Shown here: one piece after another, positions 26,580-34,905 of the stretch
Layout: every line of letters begins with the position of its first letter
How positions within the stretch are numbered: the stretch's first letter is position 1
From: Candidatus Parcubacteria bacterium
GTDB lineage: Bacteria; Patescibacteriota; Minisyncoccia; Phycocordibacterales; UBA918
Reading direction: 5' to 3'
NCBI GenBank assembly: GCA_046050355.1
Contig: JBJOPW010000010.1
Span: 1-41,534, forward strand
Length of the DNA stretch: 41,534 bases
The notes under the pieces: model-generated
Databases searched by the model: none
Seen by the model: the letters and a program-made list of their open reading frames with translations, nothing else
Told to the model about the DNA's origin: nothing
Program-made: the position numbers and the translations under genes

Positions 26580-26771
26580 ATGCCTAAAAAAGGCAAGGGC
26601 CCGCACCCACAACCAAGGCAGGAAGCGATAGCCATGGCGAAGGCTGCGGCTCAACACCCACACAGTGATCCAGGTCAGCCGGCTGTCCGTCGGCTCGGGA
26701 GCCCGGAACCCAACAAGCTGTGGCATGCTGAATTACCTCAGTTCAACGGAGGTGGAGACAAGCCGGGGTGA
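26580..26771 (+). CDS. Hypothetical small basic Pro/Gly-rich protein (63 aa), SD-led stand-alone cassette
   Basis: AGGAGG (26569-26574) lies 5 nt before the ATG. Promoter at 26522-26550; terminator at 26797-26830. Confidence 0.6.
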   Translation: MPKKGKGPHPQPRQEAIAMAKAAAQHPHSDPGQPAVRRLGSPEPNKLWHAELPQFNGGGDKPG

Positions 26772-26796
26772 CATAACGGTCGTCCACGATTAAGCG

Positions 26797-26830
26797 AAAG
26801 GTCGCTTACGTGTGGGCGGCCTTTTGTTTT
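26797..26830 (+). terminator. Intrinsic terminator
   Basis: AAAGGTCGCTTAC...GTGGGCGGCCTTT stem followed by TGTTTT. Confidence 0.7.
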
Positions 26831-26848
26831 GTGGTAGTGTGTTCGTAT

Positions 26849-27373
26849 ATGCGTATCGTTGGCTTACTGATCGTGGTGGTGATTATTGGGTATCTCTTTA
26901 CTCAATATAACGGACAGTTCTTATCACAATCAACCACAATCACATCTGAAGACATTTCGATTGCTGGCGTACTCGACGATGCGCGCACTGCTGCTGGGCA
27001 GATGGAGGGTAAAGATCGTGGGGACATGGTAGTCGTTTACGATGGCGTGTCTGTACCAAAATCGAGTACCGTACTCAATCTTGCTGGTCGCGGTCTTACG
27101 GGCTCGCTCAAAGCCGAAGTGCGCCAGCTATCAGAACTCGCCGAAATGGATCTATCAGACAATCAGTTCACTGGCCTACCAGTCGAGGTAGGACAACTTA
27201 CCAAGCTCAAGAGGCTTAATCTCTCGAATAATCCTTTGACCGGACTCCCGCACGAACTAGGGAACCTCAAAGCTCTTGAAATACTTGATTTGCGTGGGAC
27301 AAATTATAGTGAGAGTGATCTTGCTACCATCAAAGCTTCGTTACCCAAAACAACCAAGATCGTAACTGATTAA
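26849..27373 (+). CDS. Membrane-anchored leucine-rich repeat protein
   Basis: N-terminal TM. Repeats LAEMDLSDNQFTGLP, LKRLNLSNNPLTGLP and LEILDLRGTN. Confidence 0.9.
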   Translation: MRIVGLLIVVVIIGYLFTQYNGQFLSQSTTITSEDISIAGVLDDARTAAGQMEGKDRGDMVVVYDGVSVPKSSTVLNLAGRGLTGSLKAEVRQLSELAEMDLSDNQFTGLPVEVGQLTKLKRLNLSNNPLTGLPHELGNLKALEILDLRGTNYSESDLATIKASLPKTTKIVTD

Positions 27374-27449
27374 TTACTCTAAACCAAGGTACCGACTTTC
27401 CCAGTCGCTACATTCTGTGTACACTGTACACAGAACAGGGAGGAGAAAT

Positions 27450-27659
27450 ATGGAACCAACCCAGCGCCTCTTTAAGGTGGGGCAAGACTTTGAGCTACCG
27501 GAGCCAGTGTGTGGCATCGGCGCCAAGCTCAGCGGTATGATTGTTAACCTAGGGCAGCCGATCTTCAGTCTGCCCGATGCCGTATTGCTGCAGGTACAAA
27601 ACGAGTATACGGCCCGCGCGTATGACTTTTTCGTTTACTGCCTTTCGTGGGTAATCTAA
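27450..27659 (+). CDS. Hypothetical protein (69 aa), SD-led stand-alone cassette
   Basis: GGAGG (27439-27443) lies 6 nt before ATG 27450. -10 TACACT at 27420. A terminator follows directly. Confidence 0.6.
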   Translation: MEPTQRLFKVGQDFELPEPVCGIGAKLSGMIVNLGQPIFSLPDAVLLQVQNEYTARAYDFFVYCLSWVI

Positions 27660-27695
27660 AGACGATGGCACCGGCCGGTGCCATCGTTCGCTTTT
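27658..27695. terminator. Bidirectional terminator
   Basis: Perfect palindrome ACGATGGCACCGG/CCGGTGCCATCGT between convergent ORFs. Confidence 0.75.
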
Positions 27696-28623
27696 ATGGT
27701 AAGTTGAGGTTGGTCAGAAACAGTTGCAACTCCTTCTCTCCCAGTTTACGGTATTGATTTGGTTTGAGGGCGCCAAGTTCGACGTTCATAATCCGTACCC
27801 GCTTGAGATTTTCGATCTGGTAGCCGAGGGCGGCACACATGCGACGAATTTGGTGCTTTTTGCCTTCAGTAAGGATGATATTAAAACGCTTTTGGTTCTT
27901 CGGTGAACCAACTGCCTTGGCGGGCTTGGTGCGATACCCTTCGATGACGACACCGAGTTCCATCAGTTTTAAAAATGCTGGCGTAACGTTTTTGTCTACG
28001 GTCACGGTGTATTCTTTTTCGTGCTCAGCTTCGGGATCAAGGAGGGGTCCAGTAATCCGGCCGTCATTGGAAAGAATGATGAGGCCCTCAGAATCTTTAT
28101 CGAGGCGTCCGACCGGAGTGAGATCAGTGATACCGTAGTCTTTTTTGAGGCGTGTGACGATATCTACCTCGCCAGCCGCTGGTGAGTGGGTTATAATACC
28201 CCGGCCTTTGTAGTAGGCGAGGTAGCGCTTACTTTTGGTTTCGCCTGCGAGCGTTACCTCGTCACCATCTTCTACACGATCGCCGATTTTGGCCACTTTG
28301 CCATTAAGGAGAACCTTTTTGGTAGCAATGAGGACGTCAGCCTCGCGTCGTGAGGCGACATGCTGCTCGGCGAGGTATTTATTGAGGCGGACACCCGGGA
28401 GGGTGCTTTTTGGTGTAGTTTCTACCTTGGTGACTGACTTTTTGGCTTCTACCGCTACATTTTTACGTCGTGTCGGTGCGGTTGTCTTTTTGGGAGCGGA
28501 CCGTTTCTTTGCCGGAGCTCGTTTTACGCGTGATTTGCCTACGCGCGGGGCGGATTTTTTGGGGCCACCAACACCATTAGTGCGGCGACGATTGGCGTCT
28601 TCGCGCCGACGGATAGGATTCAT
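27694..28623 (-). CDS. rRNA pseudouridine synthase (RsuA/RluB/RluF family) with a basic N-terminal extension
   Basis: S4 domain RLNKYLA...SRREAD; catalytic VGRLDKDSEGL; EKEY; EGKKHQIRRM. Confidence 0.93.
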   Translation of the reverse strand: MNPIRRREDANRRRTNGVGGPKKSAPRVGKSRVKRAPAKKRSAPKKTTAPTRRKNVAVEAKKSVTKVETTPKSTLPGVRLNKYLAEQHVASRREADVLIATKKVLLNGKVAKIGDRVEDGDEVTLAGETKSKRYLAYYKGRGIITHSPAAGEVDIVTRLKKDYGITDLTPVGRLDKDSEGLIILSNDGRITGPLLDPEAEHEKEYTVTVDKNVTPAFLKLMELGVVIEGYRTKPAKAVGSPKNQKRFNIILTEGKKHQIRRMCAALGYQIENLKRVRIMNVELGALKPNQYRKLGEKELQLFLTNLNLP

Positions 28624-28680
28624 AGGCACACATTATATAACAAAAGTGCTACTTTTTCAAGTAGGCACCATTTGTGTTGA

Positions 28681-29163
28681 TTACTCAGCAGTGGACAGAG
28701 GAGGCACCGTTTTATTGGTGACGGAGTAACGGCGGAGTTCACTTCGGTTTAATTGTTGTGAGCTGGTGCCAGTTTTTGCATCAATGAGCAAAAATGGGAG
28801 GTGAGAAATAGCCAGGGTGCTAACGCGGGCTGATGGCACCGTATCTTTGTACAGTACATAGAGCATATAGCTACCGGCTTTTTCACCTGCTACTACCATA
28901 CCAACCGACAGACCATCTGATTGACGGAGTCCTTCAGGGGTCTTGAGGGTATAGCCGAGACTTGATGCAGTAGCCGTGTCTCGCTGTGCGGTAGTTGGTA
29001 CCACCACAGTTCGTTTGTTGCTTGTTAAACTAAATGGGATACCAAAGAGGGTGTACGTTTCATTGATACGAACTACCGTAGCGGCAGTGGCTGCGTGAGC
29101 CGGTGTTCCTGTAAGACCAATCACACAGACGACTAAAAGTGAGAACAATAATACTTTTTTCAT
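28681..29163 (-). CDS. Hypothetical secreted protein
   Basis: MKKVLLFSLLVVCVIGLTGTPAHA signal peptide. TATACT lies 6 nt before the ATG. Confidence 0.7.
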   Translation of the reverse strand: MKKVLLFSLLVVCVIGLTGTPAHAATAATVVRINETYTLFGIPFSLTSNKRTVVVPTTAQRDTATASSLGYTLKTPEGLRQSDGLSVGMVVAGEKAGSYMLYVLYKDTVPSARVSTLAISHLPFLLIDAKTGTSSQQLNRSELRRYSVTNKTVPPLSTAE

Positions 29164-29250
29164 GCCTTCAGTATACCGTAGGGTGGGGGAGGTGAGCAAT
29201 TAACACACTCCTGGGGCTGGGTATTTACAATCTATAAAAGTATTGTCTAT

Positions 29251-29279
29251 TTGAAATGTTCCTAAAACAGGTGTACAAT
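29251..29279 (+). promoter_or_regulatory. Putative promoter of the surface protein gene
   Basis: TTGAAA-17-TACAAT followed by a leader hairpin at 29289-29310. Confidence 0.65.
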
Positions 29280-29365
29280 ACATTGACTAAGGTGCGTTAG
29301 AGCGTCACCTTTGTGTGGAGATTCGTTATTATTACCAGTTTTATTATATTTAAAGATATACGCGT

Positions 29366-31348
29366 ATGTTTAACACAAGTGCACCACGAATTACGGTTCG
29401 TTTCGTCGCCCTTCTGACTGCGGTTTCTTTGGTTTTGAGCGCTTTTCCAGCGGCTTTTTTTGTCGCAAATGCGCAGACATTACCAATTGACGAACCTGTA
29501 TCTGAAGAGGAAAAAATCACAGTTTGTCATGCTGCTGGGCAAAGTGGCAATTATACTGCCACTGAGGTAGCTCTCAGTGCTGTTATTGGAGGTCATGATG
29601 ATCATCAATATGACATTATTCCACCATTTGGTGATTTTTCTGGTCAAAATTGGAATGATGACACAGAAGCAATCTGGGAGAATAATTGTATGACCCCTGA
29701 AGAGGACGTTGAAGAATCAGCTACTCTTATTGCAGACAAGATTGTGTGTGAAAATGAGTCATCTCTGCCAAATTTTGGTAGTTCAACTGAAAATCCAGAC
29801 ATTACTGCAGAGTTTGCAGAAGCGTGGGTGGCTGAACACAAAGACGATTGCCGCTTTGTAAAAGGCTGGCAGTTCCAGTGGGCACCATATGGCAGTACAG
29901 GTAACCCTGGTGATGATGTTGTAGGTGAAGTTGGTTCACCATGGACTACCTTCAGTTACTCAACTAGCATTCCAGAAAGTGCTTTCGAAACCGGTGTTTG
30001 GGTTCGTGAAGTGCTCCAAGATGGGTATATTCCATTTACCTATAATCCAGAAAAGACCAACAGTAATCCTGTGTCGGCTGAATTGTACTGCCACCAAGAT
30101 GTACTCAACTTCGACAATATTGACTACGTTGGTGGAATTGAAGATAAGGGCTCATACTACTGTGTAGCTTGGAATGTGCTAGCTGAAGAGCCAGAACCTA
30201 CGTACACCATTGATGGTTACAAGTACTTCTGTGATCTCGAAGAAGATGGTGACTATGAGTATTGGGATTGTGAAGAAGGTCTCGATGGTTGGACTATCAC
30301 AGCGACCAACGGTACTACTTCAACTACTACCGTAACTGATCAGGCCGGTCACTACTCATTTGAGCTCCCGGCCGGTAATTGGACCGTTAGTGAAGAAGAT
30401 CGACTTAACTGGGAACAGATCTATGTTTGGCAGAATGACGTCGCCGTCGACACTACAACTTGTTCATTGGCGCTCGGCATGGTTGGTAGTACGACTATGC
30501 AGCGATCAGTTGCAAACACCTGTGTGTTTGGAAACACTCAATTTGAAGGCCCGCTGTACACTGTCTCAGGCTACAAATGGAACGACACTGATGCAGACGG
30601 ACTCTGGGACGAAGGCGAGATAGCAATTCCTGGCTGGACTATTACCGTCACTGATGGCGAAATCTCAACTTCGACTGTTACCGACGAAGATGGATTTTAC
30701 CTCTTCTCAGTTCCGATGGGTGAATGGACGGTGTCTGAAGAAATGCGTGAAGGCTGGACCCAAACCGGTGTCCTTATGAATGAAGAATCAATCAAAGGTT
30801 CAGTTTGTACTTTTGACATTACTGAAAGTATGGTCTTAGGACACGGTGACGCACGTGTGGCTTGGTACAATTTCACTTGTGATTTTGGTAACAAGCAAAA
30901 TCAAGTAATTGAAGAAGATCCTGAAGAACCAAAGCAAGGTGGCTCATCAAGTGGTACTCGTACTAAGAAGAAGCCACAAGGACAGGTGCTCGGTGCAACG
31001 ACACAATGTGGACTCTGGCTTGAAGATTATATGCAGAAAGCAACAACCAACGATACCTATCAGGTATTGAAGCTCCAGGTCTTCCTTACACTTCAGGGCT
31101 ATGCTACACCGCTCACTGGTATCTTTGATGACACTACCGAAGCGAACGTGAAGCTCTTCCAGGCCAAGTATGCTGATACCGTTATCAAGCCATGGTTTGA
31201 AAAGGGTATTGTGCCGCATAATCGTCCAACCGGTTTCGTCTACAAAACTACTCGTTGGAAGATTAACGACATTATGTGTCCAGGTATTGAACCTTACCCA
31301 AGTTTTGAAGGTGAAAACCTCAACACAAACGTACTTATCAATCGCTAA
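29366..31348 (+). CDS. Secreted acidic surface protein with two SdrD-B/Cna-B-like repeats and a C-terminal peptidoglycan-binding-like domain
   Basis: Signal peptide. Repeats YTIDGYK...GWTIT...TTVTD..G.Y.F..P.G.WTVSEE occur twice. C-terminal VLKLQVFL...TGIFDDTTEANVKLFQ. Confidence 0.8.
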   Translation: MFNTSAPRITVRFVALLTAVSLVLSAFPAAFFVANAQTLPIDEPVSEEEKITVCHAAGQSGNYTATEVALSAVIGGHDDHQYDIIPPFGDFSGQNWNDDTEAIWENNCMTPEEDVEESATLIADKIVCENESSLPNFGSSTENPDITAEFAEAWVAEHKDDCRFVKGWQFQWAPYGSTGNPGDDVVGEVGSPWTTFSYSTSIPESAFETGVWVREVLQDGYIPFTYNPEKTNSNPVSAELYCHQDVLNFDNIDYVGGIEDKGSYYCVAWNVLAEEPEPTYTIDGYKYFCDLEEDGDYEYWDCEEGLDGWTITATNGTTSTTTVTDQAGHYSFELPAGNWTVSEEDRLNWEQIYVWQNDVAVDTTTCSLALGMVGSTTMQRSVANTCVFGNTQFEGPLYTVSGYKWNDTDADGLWDEGEIAIPGWTITVTDGEISTSTVTDEDGFYLFSVPMGEWTVSEEMREGWTQTGVLMNEESIKGSVCTFDITESMVLGHGDARVAWYNFTCDFGNKQNQVIEEDPEEPKQGGSSSGTRTKKKPQGQVLGATTQCGLWLEDYMQKATTNDTYQVLKLQVFLTLQGYATPLTGIFDDTTEANVKLFQAKYADTVIKPWFEKGIVPHNRPTGFVYKTTRWKINDIMCPGIEPYPSFEGENLNTNVLINR

Positions 31349-31361
31349 ACTAAATTGAGAT

Positions 31362-31398
31362 GATACAAAAACCTCGTTCTAGGCGAGGTTTTTGTATT
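31362..31398 (+). terminator. Intrinsic terminator
   Basis: ATACAAAAACCTCG-TTCTAGG-CGAGGTTTTTGTAT. Confidence 0.8.
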
Positions 31399-31410
31399 AC
31401 TGGTTTTTTT

Positions 31411-32446
31411 CTGAGTTCAATAAGTAAGTGCAACACTCTGAGATAATGAGAGTACTATGCACTATAACCATTTATCAATTGAGGAACGCGAAAAAATTCA
31501 AGAATTATTGTGGCAAAAGAAATCCATTCGGTATATAGCCACTGTCTTAAAACGGAGCCCTTCTTCAATCTCACGTGAAATACAGAAGAATAATCCACCG
31601 GAACGTAAACGGTATACGCCACGGGTAGCCCAAGAACGGGCAATCACCAAACGTTCATGCCGAGGAGCGCCAAAACTAGAGAAAGATAACCAACTCTATC
31701 AATACGTTGCCGATCATCTAAAACTTGGTTGGTCACCAGAACAAATTGCTTTAGTGCGAGGTGATATATCTCACGAAGCTATTTACCAGCATATCTACCG
31801 GCAAATATATCGTGGTGGACATGGATACCTCAAACCAGGTCATGAGGATTTAAGACCATATCTACCAAGACGGAGACAGCGGCGCATGGCTAAAGGCCAC
31901 CGAGTACCGAGGAGAGTATTAAAAGGTGAACTACCGTCTATTGCTGAGCGTCCGACGCTGTCTGGAGTGGGTCACTGGGAAGATGATTCGATTGTCTATA
32001 CACCAACTTCATCTGTGCGGTTGCGCACCACTAATGAACTCCGTTCCGGTTTGGTGTTCATCGATAAAGTGAAATCCCGGACCATGTCTGCTGCTAATCA
32101 GGTAACAATAGCTAGACTGGAAGGGCTACCACCACAATACCGCCAAACACTCACTCGTGATCGGGGATCTGAGAACCTGGGCTACCAGGAGCTTGAAGAA
32201 ACACTTGGTATCAAGTGTTTCTTTGCACACCCATACCATTCCTGGGAGCGCGGTTCAAACGAGAACCTTAATGGTTTGATTCGGCGATATCTCCCAAAAG
32301 GGACGGACTTTGCTACTATTCCAGACAAGCAGATTAAGTATATAGAATATCTCCTCAACTCCCGTCCCCGTAAACGGTTTGGCGGAAAGACACCATACCA
32401 GGTATTCTATGAGTTAACAGATGTTGCACTTCAGGGTTGAATCTAC
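31411..32446 (+). mobile_element. IS30-family insertion sequence (about 1.04 kb)
   Basis: Imperfect terminal IRs: CTGAGTTCAATAAGTAAGTGCAACA versus the reverse complement of the right end, GTAGATTCAACCCTGAAGTGCAACA. They enclose the transposase. Confidence 0.8.
31457..32440 (+). CDS. IS30-family DDE transposase
   Basis: HTH LSIEERE...SIRYIA..LKRSPSSISREI; WSPEQI; GHWEDD; DRGSE; PYHSWERGSNENLNGLIR. Confidence 0.95.
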   Translation: MHYNHLSIEEREKIQELLWQKKSIRYIATVLKRSPSSISREIQKNNPPERKRYTPRVAQERAITKRSCRGAPKLEKDNQLYQYVADHLKLGWSPEQIALVRGDISHEAIYQHIYRQIYRGGHGYLKPGHEDLRPYLPRRRQRRMAKGHRVPRRVLKGELPSIAERPTLSGVGHWEDDSIVYTPTSSVRLRTTNELRSGLVFIDKVKSRTMSAANQVTIARLEGLPPQYRQTLTRDRGSENLGYQELEETLGIKCFFAHPYHSWERGSNENLNGLIRRYLPKGTDFATIPDKQIKYIEYLLNSRPRKRFGGKTPYQVFYELTDVALQG

Positions 32447-32504
32447 CATTTTGTATATTGACAAAATATCCAATATATGCTATGTTTTAAGCCACATAAT
32501 CAGT

Positions 32505-32954
32505 ATGTCAATCAAACGATTGCGTTATTTGGTAAAGGCAATACTGACTTCTCTTGCAGTCAGTTTCTTCATCGCAGTATTGCTTTTGCTTGAAAACGGC
32601 TACTTTGATTTGGTCCTTAAAAAAATCGGTGTGTACCCGGTCTCAGAAGCATACACAGCGTTATTTTTCGTAGATGCAGAAACTCTAGCCGACGATTTTG
32701 ATTATGTAAAAAATCTTAAAAAGTTTACCTTTGGCATCTATAACCACGAAAATGCTGATCAAAACTACAGTTTTTCGGTGGATGTCTATGCGGGTGAAAA
32801 GACCATCCCTATCACCAAAGGAAATCTGTATGTAAAGCCGGGTGAGACCGTCAACACAGATATAGAGCTTGATGTCGATGATTATCCAAAAAATAGTATC
32901 GTTTACGTCACCTTACCAAGTCACCAAAAATCAATTGATTTCAAAATTAAATAA
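32505..32954 (+). CDS. Membrane-anchored protein, DUF1616-like
   Basis: TM followed by EAYTALFF...FTFGIYNHE...YSFSV. Promoter TTGACA-17-TATGTT at 32458-32486. Confidence 0.6.
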   Translation: MSIKRLRYLVKAILTSLAVSFFIAVLLLLENGYFDLVLKKIGVYPVSEAYTALFFVDAETLADDFDYVKNLKKFTFGIYNHENADQNYSFSVDVYAGEKTIPITKGNLYVKPGETVNTDIELDVDDYPKNSIVYVTLPSHQKSIDFKIK

Positions 32955-32966
32955 TAAAATTAATAA

Positions 32967-33746
32967 ATGCCTATGTCTACCAACAAAAAAATTACAATTC
33001 TCATCCCGTGTTACAACGAATCAGCCGGTGTTGGTTCAGTGATTGACGGATTTAAAGCGGTTGCTGATCGCACTCCTGACTACGATTTTGAAATTATTGC
33101 GGTAGACAACAACTCAAAAGACAGCACCAGTGAAGTGGCCAAACGCCACGGAGCCGCGGTCCACTTTGAAGGCAAGAAAGGGAAGGGTAACGCTATGCGC
33201 TCGGCTTTTGCGCAGATTTCGGCTGATACGGATTTTGTGGTGATGCTTGATGGTGATGATACCTATCGTGCGAGCGAGGTAATGCGTCTCATTGAGCCAC
33301 TGGAAGCTGGTTTTTGTACCGTGGTCCTTGGTTCACGGCTTAAGGGTAAAATGCAGAATAATGCCATGTCGGCGTTCAACCGCTTTGGTAATCATTTCTT
33401 TACGGCACTTGCTCGTGTATTCTATGGTGTACAAGCGACCGATGTGCTTACTGGTTACTATGCATGGAAGGCCGATGCGGTACGCAAGATGACCCCACAC
33501 CTTACTTCTGAAGGCTTCACCATTGAGATTGAAATGGTAGCAAAGATGGCCAAGCTTGGTGAATCTATCTTCTCTGTCCCTATTAACTACGACGCTCGCG
33601 CTGGTGAATCTAATCTCAAGCCAGTTGAGGATGGTATTAAAATCTTGAAGGTACTTATCGGTAATCTCTTTTGGAATCCAGTCAAAAAGACTCCAGTCAG
33701 TGCCGTTCCCGATGAACTTGATGATGTGCTGGTACAAGGAATCTAG
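32967..33746 (+). CDS. Glycosyltransferase family 2 (DPM1-like polyprenol-phosphate glycosyltransferase)
   Basis: ILIPCYNE, VDNNSKD, GKGNA, MLDGDDTY, GSR, TDVLTGY, FTIEIE. Confidence 0.92.
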   Translation: MPMSTNKKITILIPCYNESAGVGSVIDGFKAVADRTPDYDFEIIAVDNNSKDSTSEVAKRHGAAVHFEGKKGKGNAMRSAFAQISADTDFVVMLDGDDTYRASEVMRLIEPLEAGFCTVVLGSRLKGKMQNNAMSAFNRFGNHFFTALARVFYGVQATDVLTGYYAWKADAVRKMTPHLTSEGFTIEIEMVAKMAKLGESIFSVPINYDARAGESNLKPVEDGIKILKVLIGNLFWNPVKKTPVSAVPDELDDVLVQGI

Positions 33747-33748
33747 CT

Positions 33749-34897
33749 ATGAAAATTGTCTCTATTTCACACTACTACACGCCACATGTGGGAGGTTTAG
33801 AAATTGTGACAGAGAACCAAGTACAGAGCCTCGTGACCCACGGTCATGAGGTGTCTGTCGTTACTTGTGCTAGTAGTGATGAAGTGGCCGGTAGTACTGT
33901 CGTGAAGGGCGTTTCTGTGTATCGCGCCAAGGTTTGGAATTTTTTTGATACACGATTTGGGATTCCATTCCCGATTGTCGGTTTTGGATACATAAGCAAA
34001 AGCTTTACTGTCATTCGCCAAGCGGATGCCGTACACCTCCACGATGTGTTTTATATGTCATCATGGTTTGCGTTACTGTGGGCTTTTGTACTCCGAAAAC
34101 CCATCATTCTCACACAACACGTAGCTATGGTCCCACACCCTAGTAAAGTAGTGATGAAAATTCAAAAAATAGTTTACGCTATTTTTGGCAAGCTGCTCTT
34201 TGCGTATGCTACCATGATTGTCGTGTACAACCCGCAGGTGCGTGACTTTTTGCTGAGATATTCCGTTCCGGCAGCAAAGATTTTGCTCATCCATAATGGT
34301 ATCGAAACCAAAGCGTTTAACAAGAAATTTGGCTTTGATGTCGCTACTACCCGTCGCGACTTTGGTCTGCCTCTAAATCGCAAACTGGTATTGTTTGTAG
34401 GTCGCTTGGTGCCAAAGAAGGGTTATGACATTTTGTACGCCGCCAGGGACGAATCATTTGATTTGGTCTATGTTGGCAGTGGTGAAGTACCGAAAGAATG
34501 GCAAGCCGAGCCGAATTTTCATTTTCTTGGTCCCAAAACCCAGGCAGAGCTCACACAGCTCTACCAAGCGGTTGACCTCTTTGTATTTCCAGCCGAAGGG
34601 GAGATGTTTACGCTCGTGATGCAAGAAGCGATGGCGAGCGGCCTCCCGATTATTGCTACTGCCGAACCCGGCTACTTAGAATACGATATCGATCGCAATC
34701 TGCTTGTGCTCTGCGAACGATCAGGTGAAGTGTTTAGACAGCATATACTTGCTGTGCTATCGGATACTGAACGACTCGAGGCGATGTCACAGTATTCGAT
34801 GCAACTCTCGAAACGGTACTTTGATTGGGAGACCAATTCTGCCAGTGTGCTTGCTTTGTATGATTCACTGCAAAAATCAATTATGGTGCCCAATTAA
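33749..34897 (+). CDS. Glycosyltransferase family 4
   Basis: PHVGGLE, FVGRLVPKKG, EMFTLVMQEAMASGLP. Confidence 0.92.
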   Translation: MKIVSISHYYTPHVGGLEIVTENQVQSLVTHGHEVSVVTCASSDEVAGSTVVKGVSVYRAKVWNFFDTRFGIPFPIVGFGYISKSFTVIRQADAVHLHDVFYMSSWFALLWAFVLRKPIILTQHVAMVPHPSKVVMKIQKIVYAIFGKLLFAYATMIVVYNPQVRDFLLRYSVPAAKILLIHNGIETKAFNKKFGFDVATTRRDFGLPLNRKLVLFVGRLVPKKGYDILYAARDESFDLVYVGSGEVPKEWQAEPNFHFLGPKTQAELTQLYQAVDLFVFPAEGEMFTLVMQEAMASGLPIIATAEPGYLEYDIDRNLLVLCERSGEVFRQHILAVLSDTERLEAMSQYSMQLSKRYFDWETNSASVLALYDSLQKSIMVPN

Positions 34898-34905
34898 ACG
34901 CATAT

